DNA of 63,958 bases, counting the filler, from Octopus bimaculoides (lineage: Eukaryota): assembly GCF_001194135.2 (NCBI RefSeq). It is 11 parts of 10 records of this genome, joined end to end, with 100 filler letters (N's around TTAATTAATTAA, not from the genome) between each part and the next. Parts side by side here need not be neighbours in the genome. Positions count along the whole stretch, not along the records: positions 10,241 to 30,256 come from NC_068999.1; 10 more parts are not named here. The stretch is one strand, 5' to 3'. Each line of letters opens with the position of its first letter. Position 1 is the stretch's first letter. Positions 12,251-22,929 of the stretch are shown piece by piece. The translations under genes and the position numbers were made by a program. Below the pieces are notes generated by a model. That model had not been told where the DNA came from. It did not search any database and saw only the letters and a program-made list of their open reading frames with translations.

Positions 12251-12879
12251 GTAAAGAATAATGACCAAAAACATAATCTCTAAGTCTGGTTCATATTCAA
12301 ATTTCTCCTTAAATAAATTCCTCCTTAAATAAAGGTTCATCTAAGGGAGAAAAACCCTCATGATATTATTAATTATAAACAATCAAATATTACAAATTAT
12401 TGATTCCTGGTAATAAATTCTAAACCAATGGAAATCTATATTATATTATCTCTAGAAACTTTAGCAAATAAACACAAATACAATTTAAATATTATTGTTA
12501 TTGGTAAATTATACATTAATATACCCTGCCTTTAAACCTAATATTATACTATAATATACTATAATACCCGATCATACTGAAATTTATAATTTATTTAAAC
12601 CAGAAAAATGTATGTCTAAGATAATGACTACATCTGAAAGCATTATATGTGAGTNNNNNNNNNNNNNNNNNNNNNNNNNNNNNNNNNNNNNNNNNNNNNN
12701 NNNNNNNNNNNNNNNNNNNNNNNNNNNNNNNNNNNNNNNNNNNNNNNNNNNNNNNNNNNNNNNNNNNNNNNNNNNNNNNNNNNNNNNNNNNNNNNNNNNN
12801 NNNNNNNNNNNNNNNNNNNNNNNNNNNNNNNNNNNNNNNNNTCTGTTACTGTAATCATAGAACGATTATTATTATTGTA

Positions 12880-12883
12880 ATTA

Positions 12884-12944
<61 letters not shown>
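12880..12944. repeat. (ATT)n tract inside the PLE ORF (reads poly-Asn)
   Basis: About 20 units between KIFKSK.. and the remnant Cys motif. Confidence 0.9.
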
Positions 12945-12945
<1 letters not shown>

Positions 12946-14538
12946 TATATCAGGGTTCTCATCACTATCCTCCCCAATTCCCTTTGATTTAAATATTTTA
13001 AAATCATGAGCTGCAATTATTTGGGCTAAGTTCATAGTGTTTGAGAAACCAAACCTAATGCTATGTGTATTAATAATTTTACCATAGTGTGAATTCTTTG
13101 GGAAATATCTACTTATCACCTCTCTAAACTGTGCAATCAAATTAGATTTAACATTTCTACCAAAAAGGGACTATGAACCATATATTATCATCTTTAGTGT
13201 TATCACAGTCACAAGTATAATTCTTAGAAAATTTTAAATTACCTATGTTACGTTTATGAATATCTCTGGGTTTATTTTCCTTATTTCCTCTTAGCTTATT
13301 CTTATACCTATTATTCTTATCTGTGTTAATGTTGTTACGATCAGGTTCAACATAGTAAACCTTCTCTTTGTATCCTGCCCTATTTAATGCCGAATTATAG
13401 AATTGAGCTTCATTATCAAAAATCTTATCATTTGCAGATAATCTAGAAAGTCTTAATGAAATGTTTCTTACTAAATTATCGATAATTTTTCTAGGATGAT
13501 TACTCCACTTACTTATATATTTCAGGTTAGTTGAAGGTTTATGATATGGTCTATATGTCTCATTTTTAATATCTAATGTCACATCCAAAATATTTGCTAA
13601 AGAAATATCGTCTTCATAAATGATATTCATCCCCATTCTACGAAAAAATCTAGCCAATCTACCTTTAATTCTCTGTAATTGTTGGTTGGAGCTATTCCTA
13701 ATATATAGAAGGCAATCATCCCTATATAGACCCCCCCCCCATAATCATAGGAAATTGATCATCCAATTCATAAAGAATAAAAGAACCCACCATATCAGCT
13801 ATTTGTGCTGAGTCAGAACTACCCATGGGGACAGCGAAAGCATCCGGTGTATCCTTACGTAACCATACTTTATCAGTAAAACTAATAAAGGACTTCCTAG
13901 CAGCTAATATCACTTTAATTTCTTCTCTAGTAAGCCCTACCTTATTATGAAAAAACCATAGTGCCTTATTCAATATGATCAGGTTAATGGATGCATAAAA
14001 ATTAGCTATATCAAATTGAATAAATTTAGTATTTTTCTTGTCCTCAGTAGAATTAAACCGTCCGATGACTTGGTCTGTATTCGACCATAAATTTAACTTC
14101 AACTTATCAACTATTATAGTTATGTACTTCTTTATAATATTTTTACTCAGTATCCCTACGTCCGAATTTGTCGGGCAGATGAGTCTTAAAGATGGTTGTG
14201 TCCAAAAATTCACTTTGTGATCTTTAAGAATGAATCTCGGTTCTTTTGGTATCAAAGGTTCTATCCTATCTGTTAGGTTGTATTTTTCCATTATCTCTTT
14301 GGTTTCCATATTTGCCTTCTTAAGTGTATATTTATTTGTTATCTTGTAATTCTTCTCAATTTCTTTCTTCAGTAAATCCGTGTAGTGTTGTTTGGTTAAT
14401 TTATAAATATTTCTGGTTTTATCAGATTTCACCAAAATCCTGTTAGTATTCCTTATTTCCTTAGTAATTTTATCTAGATGTCTTAAATGTTGGTTCATGT
14501 TCGATGTTCGATGATAAAAAATCATCGAACATGGACCA

Positions 14539-14752
14539 AGTACCGCCTGACTGACCATTGTGCCGGTGGCCATAAAAGCACCCACTACACTCTCGGAGTG
14601 GTTGGCGTTAGGAAGGGCATCCAGCTGTAGAAACTCTGCCAAATCAGATTGGAGATTGGTGTAGCCATCTGGTTCACCAGTCCTCAGTCAAATCGTCCAA
14701 CCCATGCTAGCATGGAAAGCGGACGTTAAACGATGATGATGATGATGATGAC
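14539..14752 (+). mobile_element. 3' end of an RTE-type LINE/SINE with (GAT)n tail
   Basis: GGCGTTAGGAAGGGCATCCAGCTGTAGAAAC...GGACGTTAAAC(GAT)n; homologous to 15134-15386. Confidence 0.8.
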
Positions 14753-15133
14753 TAGCATTACAACTTGATTTCATTCGGGTCTACTAGGGCCACATTTAAA
14801 AGATGAGGAATTTTGCCCTAGAGGCCACGCCTTTCAATTGAGCAAACTCAAAGTTGCCATGCAAACTCCCCAGCACTTTTAACATAGGTGTGCAAATTTT
14901 CTGGTAAATCCAACACTTTTGCCTGCACAATTGCTTCTGAGACAAAATTCGCCCATTTCACAAATATATAGTAGACCAGCAGAGAAACCCAGTCTTGCTC
15001 GGGATTAAAATAGTTTATTATTGTTTTACTTGTTTTGGTATTATAACCCGATTTCATTCAGGTCTACTCGGGCCACATATAATATATAGAATATATATTA
15101 AATAATATATATATGTATTATTATATAATATAA

Positions 15134-15386
15134 TGGGTTGGACGATTTGACTGAGGACTGGTGAAACCAGATGGCTACACCAGGCTCCAATCTGATTTGG
15201 CAGAGTTTCTACAGCTGGATGCCCTTCCTAACGCCAACAACTCAGAGAGTGTAGTGGGTGCTTTTACGTGCCACCGGCACGAAGGCCAGTCAGGAGGTCC
15301 TGGCAACGGCCATGCTCGAAATGGTGTATTTTATGCGCCATCCGCACAAGAGCCAGTCCAAGGGCACTGGCAACGATCTCGCTCGA
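15134..15386 (-). mobile_element. Second copy of the same RTE-type 3' end, inverted
   Basis: Reverse complement aligns with 14539-14705. Confidence 0.8.
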
Positions 15387-15539
15387 NNNNNNNNNNNNNN
15401 NNNNNNNNNNNNNNNNNNNNNNNNNNNNNNNNNNNNNNNNNNNNNNNNNNNNNNNNNNNNNNNNNNNNNNNNNNNNNNNNNNNNNNTATAACTCGTTGTG
15501 TTATCTCTGCGAGTCACCCGAGGGAAACATAACAGAAGT

Positions 15540-16674
15540 TTTCCGACACTTCAAAAGAGCATGGCTGAATGCACTTGTGTGCCTTTTCAGAAAATTTGGC
15601 ATGGTACTAGCACAAACCAGGACGTTGTCCAGAAGGTGAACGACNNNNNNNNNNGGTACTAGCACAAACCAGGACGTTGTCCAGAAGGTGAACGACTACG
15701 AGATCTGTGAGAGCGAGCGTGGGAAAAAGGCCTGTTATCCCGGCATAGAGCGTCCAACCGACACGTGAGCTCTTCGAGCTTATCGGCAAAAACATCATAG
15801 GAGGGAGAGGATTTATGTGAGGCAGTTGATGAAGCCTCAGAAGAGAGACAGGCGCCGTGTGCAGGCTGGGCTGAAAATTCAAGAATCTTATCTGCCATGG
15901 TGGCGACTTGATCAACCGTGTTGGCGTCAAGCGCTGTCGCCAAAATTATCCGCATGTGAGACGGCAATCGAGAGAAAAAAATCTTACGTCAGTTGAATCA
16001 CCGCTTAACTCTCGTAGGTGGCGTAAAAATTCTGAAGGTGTCCTGTCTCCTAATTCCTCATCTGCCATAAGCTCATTAAATCTGCTCTCTCCAGACTTAG
16101 TGTTGCGACGTAAATTTCTGCCTTTACAGACGCCTAAGTAGCGTCTGGGTTTGGAGATGTAATTAAATCTCTGGCAGATGTTGCAAGCTGTGATGGCAAA
16201 CTACAATAGAGCAATTTCAGTTGTTTCGACGGAGAAATTCCATATGCGTCAAAGTGTGCCTCTAATTGAGCGAACCATAAGAGTGCATCACCAGTGAATG
16301 GTGGTAAGATGTGTGACGACATGTCTGTTCAAAGATGATTCCGTCAAGGAGAAAAAGGAAAGAAAAGAAACAATGAACAAAATTTTCTCGATACGAGGAC
16401 ACCAAAAAAACAAGGCTGATGAGAAGAAACAAAATTTTTTCCTGTTCTTGTTTTGTGTGTGGAAACAACAGTATGCACAAGAGAGAGAAAAAAATTTTTG
16501 TAAAAAAAAAAACAATGGTTTTTGCTTTTTTTTTCCTCTGTGTGTATGCGTGTGTGTTGCTTGTACTCCGTGCAGGAAAAAGTTTTCACCAACCTTCTCG
16601 TATTTTCTCTACAAGGAAGATATAACAATAAAAGGAAACATATATAACAGTTATTTTTAATTCAATATATTACA
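15540..16674 (-). mobile_element. gag: Gypsy LTR retrotransposon 5' portion (Mag-like gag and probable 5' LTR); pol absent
   Basis: LPPFTGDALLWFAQLEAHF, EELGDRTPSEFLRHL, RSRSRSPS, GLC*YHAKFSEKAHKCIQPC; candidate LTR starts TGTAAT at 16674; PBS-like TGGTGTCCTCG near 16395-16405 (weak). Confidence 0.8.
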
Positions 16675-16679
16675 AAAAA

Positions 16680-16772
16680 AAGACTCTTAGAAACTCACTA
16701 AGCAATTCTCTTCAATGTTTGTAGTGTCCTGTACCGTCCTTTCTATGTTTGATTATATTATCAAAATAAAGA
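16680..16772 (+). mobile_element. 3' UTR stub of a Tx1-like LINE
   Basis: Aligns with 26195-26276, the 3' end of the ORF2-bearing unit; ends in AATAAA at junction 1. Confidence 0.75.
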
Positions 16773-16983
16773 GAAAACCGGTGATTGTCACTAATGGGTG
16801 TTGGTAGTGATTTCTTCGTCGTGAGTTTGAATCGTTACACACTGATATTGTATGTTTGTTGTAGGTCTCCCCGCACAGGTGAACTGAGATTCGTTGAATT
16901 GTTTAAATTGTTGAATTTTAGTCACTGTTTCGTTTACACCTGTATATTCCCCGTCTACGGGAGAAGTAGAGAAAGGAAGAGAG

Positions 16984-19290
16984 TTGGAGAATAGACAAAG
17001 TTACGCAGCGGCAATGACCCAAGGAATAAATGCCAACACCCTGGAAGTACAGGAAATAGAAATTGACACAAGAAAGTGGAAAGAAGGAAGAAAATTCGCG
17101 AAAAAGGAGGGAGCCTGTCTAAAGCTGACTCCCCCAGAAGAACTGATGAACAGCATAGCGAAGAGGACGGTAGTATACAGGACGTTGTCTACGTCCTCGA
17201 ACAAGATAGTGTTTGCCCCAACAGAAGAAATAGAGGAATGCCTCGAAAAAGTGTTTAAATTGACCACATTTTATACATGTGGAAGAAAGTATGGCTTAGT
17301 GGAAGTAAGGTTTGGCAACAAAGATACCATAAACCACTCCACAGACCCATTACGGACAACAAAATGGACACTACTTCCGACGTACTGTAGCAAATGCGTT
17401 GCCAGAATGAGAGTTGGAAGAGTGACCCCCGAAATCAAGGAAGAATGGCTGGTGGCAGCCATAACGCACGATATGAAGGATGGGGCGGAGATCCTCAAGA
17501 TAACAAGGACCCAAAAGGTCAATTGGTGGGGATATGACCTCGAAGTGACCATGCAGTTGTCTTTGGAGGACTTGCATAGTGTAGCGGAGGAAATAGCACT
17601 CCCGGAAGACACCAGACTTTGAATAACAGTAGAAGGAAGACCACCAACATGCTTCCTATGTGGCAAAAAAGGGCACATGAAAGCAAGATGTCTCGAGAAG
17701 GAAAGCGAAGAGAAGAAAAGTGAAGAAAACAATACCGAAGAGGTAGTACCAATAAAAGAGACAGATAGAGTGGAGGAACCCTTTACAGTAGTAAACATGA
17801 GGAAGGGAAAGGAACTGGTGAACTCTCCCCCAGACAGTCAAAAAAGGCTAAAAGAGATTGTGACGGAAGAAAAGAGAAATAGGTGCTGTAAGGAACGACC
17901 GTGCGTACTCATAAAAGGAGAAATGGTGACGAATGGAAAAACAGAGGACTCCTTTTATTTAAACGCGTCACACGGCCGAACACAATATAATATATCAGAG
18001 ATGATATACAAATATGTTATACTACGATAACATAGATGACCAGTAATGAAAGACCACAACCGTATAAGATGAATAACAGAGATATTTATTATGGCGTTAA
18101 AGATGTATGTCTGTGTGTGAGTGTGAATGCGACATATAAGAACATAATCAAAGACAGGCCGTCGTACAAAGAAAAGTATGTATGTGAGTGATACATGTAT
18201 GNNNNNNNNNNNNNNNNNNNNNNNNNNNNNNNNNNNNNNNNNNNNNNNNNNNNNNNNNNNNNNNNNNNNNNNNNNNNNNNNNNNNNNNNNNNNNNNNNNN
18301 NNNNNNNNNNNNNNNNNNNNNNNNNNNNNNNNNNNNNNNNNNNNNNNNNNNNNNNNNNNNNNNNNNNNNNNNNNNNNNNNNNNNNNNNNNNNNNNNNNNN
18401 NNNNNNNNNNNNNNNNNNNNNNNNNNNNNNNNNNNNNNNNNNNNNNNNNNNNNNNNNNNNNNNNNNNNNNNNNNNNNNNNNNNNNNNNNNNNNNNNNNNN
18501 NNNNNNNNNNNNNNNNNNNNNNNNNNNNNNNNNNNNNNNNNNNNNNNNNNNNNNNNNNNNNNNNNNNNNNNNNNNNNNNNNNNNNNNNNNNNNNNNNNNN
18601 NNNNNNNNNNNNNNNNNNNNNNNNNNNNNNNNNNNNNNNNNNNNNNNNNNNNNNNNNNNNNNNNNNNNNNNNNNNNNNNNNNNNNNNNNNNNNNNNNNNN
18701 NNNNNNNNNNNNNNNNNNNNNNNNNNNNNNNNNNNNNNNNNNNNNNNNNNNNNNNNNNNNNNNNNNNNNNNNNNNNTAAATGAGAAGAATGGCGATAGCA
18801 GTTTTGTATCTAATGGCGATAGGTAGTTTTGTATGTAATGGCGATCGAGGTGTTAGTTTCACTACAGTGCGAAGCACCAACAGAAGTAGTAGTGAAAGAA
18901 GGCACACAGGAAAAAACAGCACTACAACAGGTAGAAAGAGAAAGCGTTTATAATATTGGTTATGATGTTTCTGCACGCCAGGACAGATCAGAACGGGAAC
19001 CGAAGAAAGCAGAAGTGAAAAGGAAGAGATATAAGTGGCATTTGGTCACGTATACCAAAAGTACAGAAATAGAGAAAAAGATTGTAAAATATAAATCGGT
19101 AATAAGAGTAAAGCTGCCACTAGGAAAATACCTGGAAAACACTAAAGGAATAGTCATCGATAGAGAGAGATTTGAGAAATTGAGAGAGATGTTTGGAAGT
19201 TACATGGAGCCACTGGGGGTCGAAGTCGAGTTTGACGAGCTCCCACCGTTCAAGGAATTTGAAGATTTGAAACCCTTTATGAACATTTAA
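16984..19290 (+). pseudogene. ORF1 nucleic-acid-binding protein (~440 aa after removing the LTR; one internal TGA at 17620-17622)
   Basis: CFLCGKKGHMKARC knuckle; frame rejoins as NRC|EAPTEV across the LTR. Confidence 0.82.
17887..18866 (-). mobile_element. Solo LTR (Gypsy-type, 4-bp TSD), middle hidden in gap
   Basis: TG...CA termini; GTGC at 17883-17886 and 18867-18870; 17887-18201 is the reverse complement of 22620-22928. Confidence 0.88.
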
Positions 19291-22217
19291 AAGCAAGTGA
19301 GTAAAATTTGTGTTTCATAAAAAAAGAAAGAGCAAAATAGACTTGTATTTCCCTCGGGAGACTCGCAGAGATAACACAACGAGTTGTACAATTTAATTAT
19401 TACATTTATTATTCAATTACATACAAAGAACGCACTCACCTAATGTTCGTTGTAAATAAACAAGAATCATGTCCGCCATATCTATTAATGACATTTTTCT
19501 ACTACCACAGTCATTCAGAACAACAACAATGAAACAATAAACTCAGACGAACCCCATTGAAACATGTGACGTCAGACGAATAACAAATCTAACAGTCCAT
19601 ATAACAAGACTGTTAAAAGGTTTAAAGAAAAGAACGATCCAAAACAAAAAAAAAGCCTGTAAGAAAAAGAATGATCCAAAAGAAAAAGAAAAGTCTGTAA
19701 GAACATTTAATTGTAAAAAAAGAAACCACGGTTTCGCCTCGGAGCGGGACCGAGAAAACCGTCTCATATTCATTGTAATTAATTCTTTTTATATTCATTC
19801 TTTCAAGTGTTTTATTGTTTCCCCATGTCTATGTATGTCCCCTCTGTGCTCAGGCCTTGTGCCTATAATAAAGAGAAAACAGGCTTTGTTTAGTGAGTTT
19901 ATATGTATATTTATTGTTAATTTGATGTTAATGTTTTATTGTTACTTTGTTACTGTTGAAATTTGATCCTTGAACGCCGTTATAACGGTATTTTTGCCCT
20001 ACGGGGAAGAAAATTGTTTTGAACTATTATTTGTGCTCCCGTTGCAGGGAGAAAATATTTTTTGAACTGTTATTTGTGTTCCAAGCATAGGAAAAATTAA
20101 TTTTTTGTCAGTTGTGAAAAATTGTTACCAAGTCTTCAAGGCCATTTTTTTAAAATGGAAAACGACAGTGCGTCAAACTCGACTTTCTTTTCTATGAAAA
20201 GGATTTCCCGCTGATACAGGAGGACGATAACGAAGTTAACCAGGAAGAAAAGAGGAAAACTAGTTTTTCGGCTGCCATAGGCAGCAAATTTTGTGAGATA
20301 GAAATCTCAAAAGAACAATTGTTTAAATATTGGACCATGATAAAAAAAAAAGTGTGGCAATGAGACAAAGCTAGTGCCACCAAAAGAAATAGTACAAAAC
20401 CTGGCGGAAAAACTGTTGTATACAAAGAATAAAAAGTTTTGAATGGTACAACAATGCACTATAATACAAAAAATGGACTATATACCTGTTGTAATTTAGT
20501 TATCTATAGTCCGATGATATTTCGAAATATAATTCCTTCTTCAGATATTCTTAGATGGAGTCGCTGAGAAAGGAAAAATGTATTATGCCGATGAAAAATG
20601 ATATCGTCGAAAAATGCCTCGCCTCCATATGGGGAAAAATAACATACATTGGACGAGGTCCAAGAAATGCTACAGTGAAACCACAGTTTGAGAGTGCAAA
20701 GGTCGCCAGAGAGATTTCAATGCAAATCCTTAAGACAGAACAAATCATGCTAGTACCGACGTACCTAGGCTGGAGAACCGTGAAAATCGTAATAGAGGAG
20801 ATTCTGGCCTGGTACGACGTAAATTGGATGGCAGCAACAGTAATTTATGATGCGGAGGAGGAAATAAACATTCTAAGTATGAAAAAGCGAGAAGCCCTAA
20901 ATTGGAAGGGACAAACCTTAGAATTATTGGTACAAGCTTCTAACAAAACGTTAGAAGCAAGGCCGAACTGAATATTCATAGGGGAGGGACTTAGTGCAAG
21001 AGTATCAGTAGCGGGATGTCGACCCAGGTGCTTCAAATGTAGAGAAAAGGGTCATGTCCACTCTGAGTGCGAAAATGTAAAGAAACCAATACAGAAAAAA
21101 ACTGAAGTCCTTCCCCAACAAGAGAAAAATAACAAAGGAAAAGAAACAGAAAAGGTAGAAGAGAAAACGATGCAAGACAAAGAAAATAAGAAACTGAAAA
21201 AGAAAGAAGATATGGAATTTACCACAGTATCACATAAAAGGAAGAAAACCCTTGCCCCAGACTCCCCTCCCCTGACAAAAAAACAACTTTGCAGAACACG
21301 CACAAAACAACAACCCCGTCCACCCCCAAACCAAAACTCCCCCCCCAAACGTACACAGGGAGAAAAAATAGTATCTTACAACCCAAAAAACACTGTTAAA
21401 CGATTTAATAAAAAAGGAAAAAAATATTCGACATGGGGACCGTTGGAAAATAAACCGCCACATTTATGGCTGGCAAGAGAAGACATTGAACACTACGAAC
21501 AATTAAAAAAAAAGATATCCAGAAGACATTTACGACGTAAGTCAATATATAGNNNNNNNNNNNNNNNNNNNNNNNNNNNNNNNNNNNNNNNNNNNNNNNN
21601 NNNNNNNNNNNNNNNNNNNNNNNNNNNNNNNNNNNNNNNNNNNNNNNNNNNNNNNNNNNNNNNNNNNNNNNNNNNNNNNNNNNNNNNNNNNNNNNNNNNN
21701 NNNNNNNNNNNNNNNNNNNNNNNNNNNNNNNNNNNNNNNNNNNNNNNNNNNNNNNNNNNNNNNNNNNNNNNNNNNNNNNNNNNNNNNNNNNNNNNNNNNN
21801 NNNNNNNNNNNNNNNNNNNNNNNNNNNNNNNNNNNNNNNNNNNNNNNNNNNNNNNNNNNNNNNNNNNNNNNNNNNNNNNNNNNNNNNNNNNNNNNNNNNN
21901 NNNNNNNNNNNNNNNNNNNNNNNNNNNNNNNNNNNNNNNNNNNNNNNNNNNNNNNNNNNNNNNNNNNNNNNNNNNNNNNNNNNNNNNNNNNNNNNNNNNN
22001 NNNNNNNNNNNNNNNNNNNNNNNNNNNNNNNNNNNNNNNNNNNNNNNNNNNNNNNNNNNNNNNNNNNNNNNNNNNNNNNNNNNNNNNNNNNNNNNNNNNN
22101 NNNNNNNNNNNNNNNNNNNNNNNNNNNNNNNNNNNNNNNNNNNNNNNNNNNNNNNNNNNNNNNNNNNNNNNNNNNNNNNNNNNNNNNNNNNNNNNNNNNN
22201 NNNNNNNNNNNNNNNNN

Positions 22218-22928
22218 CAACACGAGTCTACGACTACTAGCCAGCATCATCGTCATGACCAACACGATTCTACGATTACTACTAACCAGCATCAATCTCC
22301 ACCAGCGTCTACACGACTTACTATGTACACCAAACTAAACCACCGCGGCACATCTCTCTCTTCGATTCTGTTAGGTGACTTAGCTTCACCACGATAATAA
22401 ACAGACAAGAGATTTCAGCCAGCGATGAACGACGAACATCTGTATAACAAGAATCACGGCCCGGCATGGAAGCCACCACATCACAACTAGTGATCAGCTC
22501 TGTCACACACAGCCTCAACTCCCTTCACCTACAGACTCTTCCAATTGTGTACTCAAGAACTGGTATAAATGCTCACGTGTTATTGACTCTCTTTCTATCT
22601 GCTGTAATAACTCACATACACATACATGTATCACTCACATACACACTTTGATTATGTTCTTCTATGTCGCATTCACACTCTCACATACACATACATCTTT
22701 AATGCTACAATAAATATTTCTGTTATTCATTTCATACGGTTGCCTTGTATAGTCTTCATTACTGGTATTTACGAGTTCACATATGTTATCGTAGTATAAC
22801 ATATTTGTATATCATAATTGATATATTATTTTGTGTTCGACCGTGTGACACGTTTAAATAAAAGGAGTCCTCTGTTTTTTCCATTCGTCACCATTTCTCC
22901 TTTTTGAGTTCGCACGGTCGTTCTTACA
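22218..22928 (+). mobile_element. Second copy of the LTR seen at 17887-18866 (5' part in gap)
   Basis: About 7 differences in the terminal ~110 nt versus copy 1; AATAAA ~70 nt before the TTACA end. Confidence 0.85.
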
Positions 22929-22929
22929 A

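Larger units (their letters stand above)
12105..14500 (-). mobile_element. Penelope-like element, Naiad-like clade, pseudogenised
   Basis: KSDKTRNIY, ILKDHKVNF..RLICP, FDIANFYASI, VPMGSSDSAQIADMVG, GLYRDD (frameshift in a 10-C run at 13731-13740), YRPYHKP, SNHP, IWFIVPF, YFPKNSHYGKI. The GIY-YIG region falls mostly in the 12655-12841 gap. Confidence 0.88.
16791..19872 (+). mobile_element. ORF1-only (HAL1-like) Tx1-type element, unit 1
   Basis: 5' UTR, ORF1 16984-19290 interrupted by a solo LTR, 3' UTR ending in hairpin + AATAAA; no EN/RT motifs. Confidence 0.75.

Noticed and set aside
12290-12370. ATGA...GA hairpin as a SECIS in the Naiad-like 3' UTR
   Set aside because: Helix II length and apical AA spacing do not fit by eye; left to a SECISearch run on a consensus.
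14500-14642. N-terminus MAEFLQLDALPNANHSES of the 306-aa ORF
   Set aside because: Read-through from the antisense RTE tail; the same peptide appears at 15161-15532.
15145-15175. CTGAGGA...GAAAC in the RTE tail
   Set aside because: Antisense strand, no stem II between the motifs; it is the element's ordinary 3' stem-loop.
15603-15696. 42-bp direct repeat either side of 10 N in gag
   Set aside because: Exact copies flanking a minimal gap; unmerged contig overlap.
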